Below the pieces are notes generated by a model. It searched no databases. It was not told the DNA's origin and saw only the letters and a program-made list of their open reading frames with translations. From positions 45,064 to 109,063 of IMG/VR virus record IMGVR_UViG_3300032218_002424: a DNA stretch of 64,000 nt; one strand, written 5' to 3'. The position numbers were made by a program, and so were the translations under genes. The DNA comes from a virus (lineage: Duplodnaviria > Caudoviricetes). Positions 41,427 to 51,230 of the stretch are shown here, piece after piece. Each line of letters begins with the position of its first letter. Position 1 is the stretch's first letter.

Positions 41427-41657
41427 ATGAATATAGACGAACAAAAGGTAAACAAGTTTATTAAAAGATTTAAAACGGGAAACCAAGAAGCTTATTGGGA
41501 TAATTACACATTGATTATTTGGCGGCGAGATTCTTCTGGATTCAGTAATGTGCGAGGATTGTATCGCAATAACTGTTGGGGATTATCAGAAAAAATCTCA
41601 ATAGGAGATAACGGAATGTGGGAGCTACCTCACAGATATGTCAAATATATTAAATGA
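41427..41657 (+). CDS. Hypothetical protein
   Basis: AAGGA RBS before the ATG at 41427. Confidence 0.6.
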   Translation: MNIDEQKVNKFIKRFKTGNQEAYWDNYTLIIWRRDSSGFSNVRGLYRNNCWGLSEKISIGDNGMWELPHRYVKYIK

Positions 41658-41949
41658 TCTAGGAATAGACCCAGAAGATTTAGAATGGTGGGACCTTGCA
41701 GCATGCAAGGGTATGGATACAAACTTGTTTTATGACAAGTATGAGTCTGACGTGAACATTGCTAAAAGTATTGATCAGGCATGCTTATCTTGCCCAGTAG
41801 CAAAGAATTGTTTAAAAGCTGGCATTGAAGGAAATGAATATGGAATATGGGGCGGAATATATTTAAACTCTGGTTCAACAGATAAAGCACGGAATATTCA
41901 TAAGACAGAATTAGTATGGAAACAGTTGAAGGTTAAGCATGGACATTAA
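41638..41949 (+). CDS. whiB: WhiB-family Fe-S transcription factor
   Basis: W...AAC...F...C.SCPV...CL...GIWGG. Confidence 0.92.
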   Translation: MSNILNDLGIDPEDLEWWDLAACKGMDTNLFYDKYESDVNIAKSIDQACLSCPVAKNCLKAGIEGNEYGIWGGIYLNSGSTDKARNIHKTELVWKQLKVKHGH

Positions 41950-42933
41950 TCAATGGACGGGCGAAATCAATAAGCCAGTATTTTATACTAAAGAAATGGC
42001 ACAAAAAGTACGGGATATAAAACAACCTGTTCCAGGATTACAAATGGATATAGTTAAATTCCCAGACTTTTTGGCTATTAGGTTATATGAAGGTAACTTT
42101 ATGCAATACAATGATTCTCAACGAATGAGAATTATTGATTATATTGAAATGGTTAAGAAGATCATAGAATCCTATGGTGTTCGTGTTGAACTAGAGGGAG
42201 CAAAAGGTGAAAGAGTATTACGATAAAACTATCATTGTTTTCTTGCATGAGGAAAGAGTGTATGGTCAAATTGAGAACCTTGGACTATATGCATCAATAG
42301 TAAAATTTACTAAAGATGAACACGAATATGAAGAACTAATTGAGAATGAAGAGTTTACCATAATGGATGAAATTCTTATTTCTCATGTAGAGGAAGAATA
42401 ATGGAAAAAATACTTTGCTATAGCTGCAATAAGAGTAAGAATCAATTAAGTGCAAAAAAGTCATCCTTAATTCCAATTAATTTATTAATGTGTGAATCAT
42501 GTATTGCATCTAAATTTGAGCCTAGATGGGTAATTATTTTGGCTGGAAGACAATTTGGATCAGACCATGTAAAAGAATTTGTAATTAAGCGTAAATATAT
42601 TGGCGATTCAATTTTAGCTGATGAGTTATTAGTATAATTAATTTAATATAGATGCCCTAATTGGTAGTGGACATCAAATTTTTAATATTGTAGAATGGTA
42701 TCATGTCAGAAAAAAGAATTAGAATCATAGCCTCATGGCTTGCAGTCGCATTGAATTTATTTGTTGTATGGTTTATGTATCAAAGATGGAAGAACCATCA
42801 AGATCTTTTAGTTCCGCTCACACTTTTGATTGTAACTAAAATTTGGATTAACCAATATCTTACAGAAGGAAAACTTAAGCATCTAATAGATATAGTTGAA
42901 AAAGCTAAAATTACTAGATCAAGGAATCAATAA
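41939..42933 (+). CDS. Four hypothetical ORFs (41939-42226, 42207-42401, 42401-42637 zinc finger, 42703-42933 membrane)
   Basis: Tightly packed or overlapping ORFs on the coding strand. Confidence 0.55.
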
Positions 42934-42936
42934 TAA

Positions 42937-43494
42937 ATGACATGTGTTGTCGGGCTTGTTAAGGGTGGAAAGGTCTACATGGGTGCTGATGCATCTGCTG
43001 TAGACGAAAAAGGCGGACACATTTTTGCACAAAAAGATGCAAAGGTATTTAGAGTTGGTCAATTTGGTATTGCTTACACAGATTCATTTAGAATGGGTCA
43101 AATTTTGCAATATGATTGGATTCCGCCTAAGTTTACTGGAAATTCAAAAAGTCTAGACAAATTTATGAGAACCAAGTTTGTGGAATCTGTTAAAGAAGCT
43201 TTTAAGTCTGGCGGATTTGGATCAATTGGAAATAACACTGAAGAAGATGATGGTGGAGTTTTTTTAATTGCAGTGGCAGGCACAGGAAGACTTTTTTATA
43301 TGGACTCTGACTATCATGTTGGAGAAAATATTATTCCGTATTATGCTGAAGGCATAGGAATGGATTTTGCACTGGGATCATTATTTTCAACTCAAACAAT
43401 GAGAGATCCTTATAAAAGACTTGAGATATCTTTATCAGCAGCATCACAATTTTCTATCGGAGTATGTCCACCATATAGTTATATTGAACTGTAG
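42937..43494 (+). CDS. Ntn-hydrolase, HslV/proteasome-beta-like protein
   Basis: N-terminal M-T-C; GAD, K-VF, G.G..FALG pattern. Confidence 0.7.
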   Translation: MTCVVGLVKGGKVYMGADASAVDEKGGHIFAQKDAKVFRVGQFGIAYTDSFRMGQILQYDWIPPKFTGNSKSLDKFMRTKFVESVKEAFKSGGFGSIGNNTEEDDGGVFLIAVAGTGRLFYMDSDYHVGENIIPYYAEGIGMDFALGSLFSTQTMRDPYKRLEISLSAASQFSIGVCPPYSYIEL

Positions 43495-43533
43495 GTCTTG
43501 ACAATCTTGCCTACATTTACTATTATAAGGTCT

Positions 43534-44448
43534 ATGAATAAAAAACTAATCGTAGTAGCAACAAGCATCGCATTAATTTTTGCTGGTACTGTAGGTTCAT
43601 CTGCAGATACAGTAAAGCCATCAGTTGTAGTAATTGATACGGCACTAGATACATCATTACCTATTTTTAAAGGACGAATTGCACAGGAAGTTTGTGCAAT
43701 GGAATGGAACCTTTGCCCAAATGGAACGGGGTTTCAAGAAGGTCCAGGATCAGCATATATTCCTATGGCATACATGCAAACAGATGCATTTAATCATGGA
43801 ACTCAAATGGCATCAATCGTTGCATCAGCAAATCCAAATGTAAATATTATTTTTATTAGAATTGTTGGATTAACTAGAGATGGATATCGTGCATCAACCA
43901 CAGAAGCTTCAGTTGTTAAGGCATTAGATTGGGTTGTTGCAAATAAATCAAAGTATAATATTGCATCGGTTGCCATGAGTCAGGGAACCCACGACCTTGC
44001 GACATTTAACAGTCTTTGTAAAACAAGTGTGCTCATTTCAGATATTGATAAATTAAAATTAGTTAATGTCCCAGTAATGTTTCCAGCAGGAAATGATTAT
44101 GATACAACTCGTGTAGACTATCCTTCATGCATTCCGCAGACAATCGCAGTAGGAGCAACAGATAAATTTGGTTCAATTGCACTTTACAGCAACGGAACAC
44201 CTCCAGCAGTTGATTTCTATTCATTAGGAGTAATGAATGTAACTAATCCAGGAGGAAAAATTTCTGCAGTAGCAGGAACATCTGCTTCAGTTCAAATTGC
44301 TGCAGCACAGTGGGCAGCGGTTGAAACAGCAAAACCAAATTTGAACTATGATCAAATTTATAGTTTATTGCAACAAACAGCAACAACCACAACTAACTCT
44401 AAGGTTAAGGGTGGTTATTTAATTAACCTAGAAAAGGCAATCAAATAA
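43534..44448 (+). CDS. Secreted subtilisin-like (S8) serine protease
   Basis: Signal peptide from ATG 43534; VVIDT, HGTQM, AGN, GTSAS. TTGACA-N17-TATTAT promoter at 43498-43526. Confidence 0.85.
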   Translation: MNKKLIVVATSIALIFAGTVGSSADTVKPSVVVIDTALDTSLPIFKGRIAQEVCAMEWNLCPNGTGFQEGPGSAYIPMAYMQTDAFNHGTQMASIVASANPNVNIIFIRIVGLTRDGYRASTTEASVVKALDWVVANKSKYNIASVAMSQGTHDLATFNSLCKTSVLISDIDKLKLVNVPVMFPAGNDYDTTRVDYPSCIPQTIAVGATDKFGSIALYSNGTPPAVDFYSLGVMNVTNPGGKISAVAGTSASVQIAAAQWAAVETAKPNLNYDQIYSLLQQTATTTTNSKVKGGYLINLEKAIK

Positions 44449-44853
44449 TGGAAAAAGATCCAATGATCGAAAAGCAACAGAGCATGTTAGAGGGAATTGT
44501 TGCTGATATTGTAGTAGAAGTTTACCAAAAATGGTTAAACCAAATGCCAGAAGAACAGCGAAAAGATGAACAGGCCACTCAGACATTAGGAGCTAATGCT
44601 TCTGAAGTTGTTTATTTTGTTGTACAGCGTTTTATGGATAAATTTAATGAGGCAGCTGAGCAAGTAAAAAATGCCTAAGATCGCCTTGATATCTTCAGCT
44701 ATATATGATATTATAGAGCCTGACAGCTCGTTTGAAACAGAACTTGTTGACATCCCTCAAGTCATACTTGATAGATATGATAGGGTTATGAAAGAATTTT
44801 GGGATCTCCAAAATGAATTTGAACAGTACCAGAGAGCACAGGAAACAGATTAA
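44448..44853 (+). CDS. Two hypothetical ORFs (44448-44678, 44671-44853)
   Basis: Coupled ORFs. Confidence 0.55.
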
Positions 44854-45155
44854 TGATTTTAACTGATAAAGATTTTGATGAAGTAATTAATTCTGAAAGA
44901 GTGGTTTTAGTTGATTTTTGGGCTGAATGGTGTGGACCCTGCAAAAAGGTTTCACCAATTTTAGATGAAATTTCAAATGAATTTCAACTTCCAGTTGGAA
45001 AGTTGAATGTAGATGAAAATATAAAAAAAACAAAAGAATATGGTGTCGGATCAATTCCAACACTAATTCTTTTTGTAAATGGCGAACCAGTAAACACTAT
45101 TATAGGTGCAAAGCCAAAGCATGTTCTCATTAAAGAACTGCAAGACTGGATTTAA
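44853..45155 (+). CDS. trxA: Thioredoxin
   Basis: DFWAEWCGPCK, SIPTL. Confidence 0.95.
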   Translation: MILTDKDFDEVINSERVVLVDFWAEWCGPCKKVSPILDEISNEFQLPVGKLNVDENIKKTKEYGVGSIPTLILFVNGEPVNTIIGAKPKHVLIKELQDWI

Positions 45156-45201
45156 TATTCTGTGCTCAACTGAGGCAGATAAACAAAATAAGGAGAAATG
45201 A

Positions 45202-46215
45202 ATGCGTTCATTCAAGAAGGTATCGTTAGTCATCGCTGCAGCCCTGACTAGCACAATGCTTGTATCAACTGCAGCAAATGCAGCGGTCTCAACTACTCTT
45301 ACAGTAGGTGGCTCTGCAGCAGCAACAACAGGTGCAACATCAGCAACAGCAATTGCTCTTCCAGTTCCAGCAGATAACTCTGTTGATTCTGCAGATGCTC
45401 TTAAGATTGCTATCACAGGTTTAGACACAGGAACAGCAGTTTCTGCAGTTGCAACAAATGCAACAATTGTCCCAGCACTTGCAACAGTTGCAGCACCAGT
45501 AACATCAACATCAGGATCAGCAAGCCTAACAGTTAACACTGGAACAGGTACAACAGCTGAGTTCTATGTATACACAAAGACAACAACAGTTGGTTCAGTA
45601 GCAGTTACAATCGCTGGCAATACAACAGTATATTATGTACAGGGTACAGCTGGTGCATTGAACTCAATTACTCTTACAGCTCCTGCAACAGCAGCAGCAG
45701 GCACAACACAAAAAATCACAGTTGCAGGATACGATGTATTCGGTAACGCAAAGTCTGGTGCAACCATCAATACTTTGGTAACAAAGGATGGTGCAGCAAC
45801 ATCAACAGCACTTACAACTGACACAGCAGTTGCAACTATTGGTACAAAGACACAAGACATTGTTCTTCCAGCATCAGGTTCTGTAAGCATTACTGCTTAT
45901 GCAACAGTTGCTTCAGTAGTAACAGGTCTTGCAACACCAGTAGGATCAGTTGTTGCAACAATTTCAGTTCGTGATCTTGCTGGAGAATTGGCAACAATCA
46001 CAGCACAACTTGCAACAGAAAAGGCTGGACGTGCAGCAGATAAGGTAGCAGCGGATAAGGCACTTGCAGATGCAATTGCAAAGTCTGCAACTGACAAGGC
46101 AACAGCACAGGCAGCATCAGATGCAGCAGCAGCAGCTTATAAGGCGGAATATAACGCTCTCGCTACAAAGTGGAACAAGGCTCATCCAAAGGCTAAGGTT
46201 GCACTAAAGAAGTAA
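45202..46215 (+). CDS. Secreted Ala/Thr-rich Ig-like surface protein
   Basis: Signal peptide, beta-rich core, basic helical C-terminus; strongly biased codons (GCA/ACA/AAG). Confidence 0.65.
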   Translation: MRSFKKVSLVIAAALTSTMLVSTAANAAVSTTLTVGGSAAATTGATSATAIALPVPADNSVDSADALKIAITGLDTGTAVSAVATNATIVPALATVAAPVTSTSGSASLTVNTGTGTTAEFYVYTKTTTVGSVAVTIAGNTTVYYVQGTAGALNSITLTAPATAAAGTTQKITVAGYDVFGNAKSGATINTLVTKDGAATSTALTTDTAVATIGTKTQDIVLPASGSVSITAYATVASVVTGLATPVGSVVATISVRDLAGELATITAQLATEKAGRAADKVAADKALADAIAKSATDKATAQAASDAAAAAYKAEYNALATKWNKAHPKAKVALKK

Positions 46216-46225
46216 GTCAAACTCA

Positions 46226-46280
46226 TTGACACCTTGGTTGGGGGTACTGTATAATGATTATAGTATCCCCAATCTTTACT
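46226..46280 (+). promoter_or_regulatory. SigA promoter overlapping a terminator hairpin
   Basis: TTGACA-N18-TATAAT inside GGTTGGGGGTACTGTA.../TATAGTATCCCCAATC. Confidence 0.7.
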
Positions 46281-46297
46281 TATTAGAAAGAATTTAA

Positions 46298-47866
46298 ATG
46301 AAAAAAGTAGATAAAATTGTTATTGTGGGTGGAGGCTCTGCAGGTTGGATGACCGCAGCTACACTTATTAATGCATTTCCAAATAAAGATATAACCTTGG
46401 TAGAAAGTCCCTATGTACCAACACTTGGAGTAGGAGAAAGCACACTTAATGCAATGCCAGCATGGTTGTATTCGCTTGGAGTAAAACTTGAAGATTTTAT
46501 GGAATATACTGATGCAAGTTACAAACTAAGCATTAAGTTTAATGATTTTTATGAAATTGGCGATGGTGGATATCATTACCCATTTAGTGAACCATTTTTA
46601 GATAACTGCGTAATGCCTGGAGCAAATGACTGGCATGTATTGAAGCATATGGTTCCAGAAACACCTAAGCAAGATTATGTAAATTCTGTATGGCCAAATT
46701 CAGTTCTTTTGGATAGTGGAAAAATTTATACTGGAACAGAACTAGAAAATTTTAGATTTGAAAAAGATAACGCATTGCACTTTGATGCAATTAAGTTTGC
46801 AGAATGGTTAGCTGAAAAATATGCTAAGCCTCGTGGAATTAAACATATTGAAGCAAATGTAAATGATGTTGTGGCTGATTCAGAAGGTGTCAAAAAGTTA
46901 ATTTTAGAAGGCGGAGAAGAATTAACGGCAGATCTATTTTTTGACTGTACTGGATTTAAGAGCATGTTGCTTGGCAAAGCAATGAATGAACCTTTTGTGT
47001 CATATGCAGATAAACTTCCAGTTAATAGCACTTGGGCAGTTCAACTTCAATATGAAGATGCAGAAAAAGAAATTAAGAACTATACAGATTGTACAGCATT
47101 AGGCAATGGTTGGGTCTGGATGGCTCCTCTATGGTCTAGAATTGGAACTGGATACGTTTATAGTGATAGATTTACTACTAAAGAAGCTGCATTAGAAGAA
47201 TTTAAAGAGCACTTAAGGTCATATCATGGAGCACATAGAATTACCGATGATCTAAAGTTTAGAGAAGTTCCATTTAGAGCTGGTCACTATGAACGTACTT
47301 GGGTTAAGAATGTGATCGGTATTGGAATGTCAGCAGCATTCCTAGAGCCACTTGAAAGTAATGGAATTTACTTTATTCATGAACATTTACGTGAAGTTGT
47401 AAGAGGAATTAATAAAGGCTTTTATAATGGTATAAATAGAGATCTTTATAATGCTTATGTTCAAAAGCGTTTTGACCTTTTTGCAATATTTATTCAATAT
47501 CACTATTCTTTGAGTAAACGTAATGATACTGAATTTTGGAATTATATGACAAACAATGATGTAACTGGAGACATTTGGGGCGGTTACAATAACCATATAA
47601 CATTATTTGGAGACAAGATTGAAGGTCAATCATATCGTGCAGCAAAAGATTCTGGATTCCATGCTATTGCTGTTGGAATGGAATACTATACTGTTGACAT
47701 GTTGACAACCAAATATTGGAACTGGCACTTTGATACAGACTATAAGAAAGTAGCTGGAGAATTTTATTTGAGAACACAAGAATCTCGTAAAAAGTGGTTA
47801 AAAGCAATTGAAAATGCACCATCGCATTATCAATACCTAAAAGACAATTTTCATTCAGGAGAATAA
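46298..47866 (+). CDS. Flavin-dependent tryptophan-halogenase-family protein (PrnA/RebH-like)
   Basis: VIVGGGSAGW, GVGES, catalytic K (SYKLSIKF), F.DCTGF, GWVWMAP, FLEPLES. Confidence 0.9.
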   Translation: MKKVDKIVIVGGGSAGWMTAATLINAFPNKDITLVESPYVPTLGVGESTLNAMPAWLYSLGVKLEDFMEYTDASYKLSIKFNDFYEIGDGGYHYPFSEPFLDNCVMPGANDWHVLKHMVPETPKQDYVNSVWPNSVLLDSGKIYTGTELENFRFEKDNALHFDAIKFAEWLAEKYAKPRGIKHIEANVNDVVADSEGVKKLILEGGEELTADLFFDCTGFKSMLLGKAMNEPFVSYADKLPVNSTWAVQLQYEDAEKEIKNYTDCTALGNGWVWMAPLWSRIGTGYVYSDRFTTKEAALEEFKEHLRSYHGAHRITDDLKFREVPFRAGHYERTWVKNVIGIGMSAAFLEPLESNGIYFIHEHLREVVRGINKGFYNGINRDLYNAYVQKRFDLFAIFIQYHYSLSKRNDTEFWNYMTNNDVTGDIWGGYNNHITLFGDKIEGQSYRAAKDSGFHAIAVGMEYYTVDMLTTKYWNWHFDTDYKKVAGEFYLRTQESRKKWLKAIENAPSHYQYLKDNFHSGE

Positions 47867-48615
47867 TGTTAAAACCTAAAGATATTAAAGAAGTAACAAT
47901 GCACCTTTTTACTAAGAAGTATTGGACAATGACAAATATTATTGAGTTTTGGGCGTTTAGCACAAAGCTTATGATTATTGTTCCAGGATTACTTTTTGGA
48001 GTACAATTTTGGTGGTTCTATATCTTTGCATTGGCTTCAAGCCTTTCATTAATTTTAACATCAACAATTAAAACCCTTCCAACTATTATTTATTTTAATA
48101 TTGGTTGGTGTATTTTAGCAAGTACAGCAATTCTAAAACATTTTGGAGTAGTTTAATGTCAGCATTATGCAAAGAATGTGGATCAAATTTATTTGAAATT
48201 ACAGCAGCGTTTGACCCACAAACATCAGAAATTTCAATGTATATGATGGATGCAAAGTGTGCCGAGTGTGGATTGGAGCAACCAGCCCCTACTGCACAAA
48301 GCACAAAGGGCGGATTGTCTTGATAGAATTAAAATCTAGAGGTGAAGCAGACTATTGGGACATGGACATGTGTCGAATTAAAGATTGTTACGGTCCAGCA
48401 GAAAAACTTTATTCAGATTCAGAACATTCAATGATTGATGTTTGTTTAGAACATCATTCAAGACTAATGGGGGAGAGAGAATGACACAAAAACAAAAAAA
48501 GGTAGCAAAAGCTTTAGAAATTAGAATTGCTAACATGCCAAAAGGTGCGGGATTCAAGAAGCCAGGTTCTATGAACAAGAAAAAGACTGGGTACGCAAAG
48601 ATCAGTGGCAAATAA
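47866..48615 (+). CDS. Small ORFs: membrane protein 47866-48156, zinc-ribbon ORF ending 48323, Cys/His ORF ending 48484, basic 44-aa peptide 48481-48615
   Basis: Coupled starts and stops; the last ORF was read manually (MTQKQKKVAKALEIRIANMPKGAGFKKPGS...). Confidence 0.5.
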
Positions 48616-49297
48616 AAAGATAGAACTTGCAGTTGATTTTCCTTATATTGAAATTATAAAGCCTGCTAAAAATTATGTGCCAGAATGGTATGGAAAAACA
48701 AAACAATTTTTAGGTGATAAAACAAAGCCAGCATTAAGAAATTGTGTTCCATTTTTAGATTCATTTTTAACTGGATATATGGTTGTTACATTTTGTGATT
48801 TAATTGTAGATCAAACTGTTCATGGTCCTATTATCAGATGGCCTGGACAAACAGTAGATGTTCCAGATTTTTGGGAACCTTTACAAGCAAGGGGTCCAGA
48901 AATATCTTACCCTATGCCATCTCCAAATGGATATCATGAAAAACATTTTGTTTGGAATAATCCTCATTTAATTAAAACACCAAAAGATTACAGCATATTA
49001 ATTACTCAACCTTTAAATCAATACGATCTTCCATTTTTTACATTAAGTGGTGTTATTGATACAGATAAAGATTTACTTTCTTCTGGAAGAATACCATTTT
49101 TTGTTAAAAAAGGATTTGAGGGGGTTGTTCCAAAAGGAACACCAATATATCAGGTAATTCCAATTAAAAGGGATTCTTGGGAGACAGTAGAAAATATGTC
49201 TTTAAGAGAAGATAATAGACGCAGAATGTGGCAAGTAGGAAGTGTGATCAATGGTTGGTATAAGAAAAACCTATGGTCCAAAAAAGAATATAACTAA
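48605..49297 (+). CDS. Conserved hypothetical protein (DUF6065-like, dUTPase-like beta-clip)
   Basis: PEWY, C.PF.D....GY, GVIDTD, KGTP..QVIP.KR. Confidence 0.55.
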   Translation: MANKKIELAVDFPYIEIIKPAKNYVPEWYGKTKQFLGDKTKPALRNCVPFLDSFLTGYMVVTFCDLIVDQTVHGPIIRWPGQTVDVPDFWEPLQARGPEISYPMPSPNGYHEKHFVWNNPHLIKTPKDYSILITQPLNQYDLPFFTLSGVIDTDKDLLSSGRIPFFVKKGFEGVVPKGTPIYQVIPIKRDSWETVENMSLREDNRRRMWQVGSVINGWYKKNLWSKKEYN

Positions 49298-49357
49298 TGA
49301 TATAATTGTAGTAGACCAAAAGCATGCTGGTCTATTTTTAACCTATAGGAGAACAAA

Positions 49358-49847
49358 ATGGCAGACGGAATTAACTTAGACGGCTTTACAGCACCAAAGA
49401 TCAACCCAAGCTCACCATGGCCAACAGAGTCATACACAGAGGCACCTGCAGCAGCATTTGCAGCTTCAGACATGTCATCACAGGGCAATGCAGGATTTAA
49501 TCAAGAGGGATCATCTGCAGCGGGAGAATCATCTTCAGACGCTTCAGAAATGCTTTCATAATGTGTGCAATGTGCGGATGCGGAATGGGTGGAAATAACG
49601 GAGATATTCAATCTCCTAATTCACCAATGATTACAATGGATCCAACAATGGTTCCAGACTCAGAGAATCCACTTGGTGCATAATGTCAGATGACGGAACA
49701 GGTATGACACCAGCGGCAAATAGTACTCCATCAGGTGCTACAACATCTACAGATACTATCAATACAAATGCCAGCCAAGGTGGAAAGAAGAAAAAGAATT
49801 CAATTCATATTGGATCTGTTTCTGAAGCTATTAAGAATCATAGTTAA
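49358..49847 (+). CDS. Three TAATG-coupled disordered peptides (49358-49561, 49561-49683, 49683-49847)
   Basis: AGGAG RBS; TGATATAAT upstream; terminator downstream; the second peptide starts MCAMCGC. Confidence 0.65.
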
Positions 49848-49865
49848 TCAACATTAACTTAGTTT

Positions 49866-49893
49866 AGCCCCAGATTTTTCTGGGGCTTTTCTA
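49866..49893 (+). terminator. Intrinsic terminator
   Basis: AGCCCCAGA-TTTT-TCTGGGGCT-TTTCT. Confidence 0.8.
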
Positions 49894-49923
49894 TTGACAA
49901 GTATCGTTTATAAATTGTATAAT
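49894..49923 (+). promoter_or_regulatory. SigA promoter for tRNA-Gly/Gln
   Basis: TTGACA-N18-TATAAT. Confidence 0.8.
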
Positions 49924-49961
49924 AATATTATCGAAATCACCTACGGGTTGAACGATAAAAT

Positions 49962-49989
49962 GACCTGAGTACGTCTATGTAAACTGCTC
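49962..49989 (+). ncRNA. Repeated H-type pseudoknot, copy 2
   Basis: GAC-CTGAGTAC-GTC-TATGTAAAC-TGCTC. Confidence 0.65.
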
Positions 49990-49999
49990 CATTTTTATT

Positions 50000-50070
50000 G
50001 CGAGTGTTACATAATGGTAGTGTCTCTGCCTTCCAAGCAGATAGTGCCAGTTCGATTCTGGTCACTCGCT
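50000..50070 (+). tRNA. tRNA-Gly(TCC)
   Basis: GCGAGTG/CACTCGC; TCTGC-CTTCCAA-GCAGA. Confidence 0.93.
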
Positions 50071-50076
50071 CTGTAT

Positions 50077-50147
50077 TCCCAGGTCGTCTAACGGTAGGAC
50101 ATCGCCCTTTGGAGGCGAGTATCTTGGTTCGAATCCAGGCCAGGGAG
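50077..50147 (+). tRNA. tRNA-Gln(TTG)
   Basis: TCGCC-CTTTGGA-GGCGA; one A.A mismatch in the acceptor stem. Confidence 0.88.
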
Positions 50148-50151
50148 CTAA

Positions 50152-50442
50152 TTACTTATTGTTTTTAGAAACGGCTTCTTCAATGCGATCAATAGCATCT
50201 CTTAATGAAGATCCATGGTTATTAAACAGTTCTGCTTTAATTAAAGCCATCTCTTGTTCAATTAAATCAAAGCGATCATGACCCATAGCAAGTCTTTCCA
50301 TTACTCCTGGATATTCATCTGTTCCAACCCAATCGTTAATAAATTTAAACCAAGTTGAAAACAATTTAATAAACTTAGAAAACAAATATCCAATGGCAGA
50401 TGCAGTAGCACCTATTGTAATTATCCATTGCATTGTATTCAT
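50152..50442 (-). CDS. Membrane protein with 'NHGSSLRDAIDRIE' motif (holin-associated type)
   Basis: N-terminal TM plus coiled coil; own -10 (TATAAT) on the - strand. Confidence 0.6.
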   Translation of the reverse strand: MNTMQWIITIGATASAIGYLFSKFIKLFSTWFKFINDWVGTDEYPGVMERLAMGHDRFDLIEQEMALIKAELFNNHGSSLRDAIDRIEEAVSKNNK

Positions 50443-50523
50443 AATAGTTTAATTATACATATTGATGTATAAATATGCAAAATACTATTGACAATAGTAG
50501 TAGTTTTTTGGTAAACTAAGAAA

Positions 50524-50673
50524 GTGAATCAGACAGATGACCCTATGGATTGGGATGATATACATGTTCTTGAATCATCTCGCCGTATTGAATTACTAAC
50601 GAAAGCGATTGTTAACAGATGCAAACAAGACGTAGAGAACAAATACGGAAACAAAAAAAGACACAGACAGTAA
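50524..50673 (+). CDS. 49-aa leaderless ORF (not in the ORF track)
   Basis: TTGACA(50488)-N18-TAAACT, then GTG 6 nt downstream. Confidence 0.5.
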   Translation: MNQTDDPMDWDDIHVLESSRRIELLTKAIVNRCKQDVENKYGNKKRHRQ

Positions 50674-50933
50674 CAACTAATCCAAGAATTAAATTAATGA
50701 CATATGATTTTTTTGAAGGTGATTGGTCTGGTAATTGTGGTGCATGCGGTAAAGATTTTTGGGCACCAACTAAATCAGAATATTTGATGCAATATGCAAA
50801 GCATACTAGATCTATTAATTGTTTGGGTGGTTATTAATGGGTGAGTCAAAAATTATGCGGATGGACTGGCGTTCGCTAGGATATTGGCCAGTATATAAAG
50901 ATGGCAAACTAACTTGGGAGAAACAAAAAGATA

Positions 50934-51227
50934 ATGATTAAACCATTAGGAAATCTACTACTTGTAAAGCAGATTGAAGAAGGCGAGAAAAAAACTTCAT
51001 CTGGTCTTGTACTTGCAGCCTCATACTCCTCACAAGGACCAAAGACTGGTACAGTTGTTGCTATTGGTAATGGCGAGCAAAACTATCTGGGTGATGTTAT
51101 CCCAGTCACAGGCATTGCTGTAGGCGATACAGTGGTGTATCCAGATCACAGTGGCACAGAGATTGATGACGGAGAAGATAAGTACCTCCTTATTAGCTCT
51201 AAGAATATCTTGGCTGTAAAGGGCTAA
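50934..51227 (+). CDS. groES: Co-chaperonin GroES (Cpn10)
   Basis: IKPLG...KTSSGLVL...GTVVAIG.G...VGD.V...ILAV. Confidence 0.92.
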   Translation: MIKPLGNLLLVKQIEEGEKKTSSGLVLAASYSSQGPKTGTVVAIGNGEQNYLGDVIPVTGIAVGDTVVYPDHSGTEIDDGEDKYLLISSKNILAVKG

Positions 51228-51230
51228 CAA

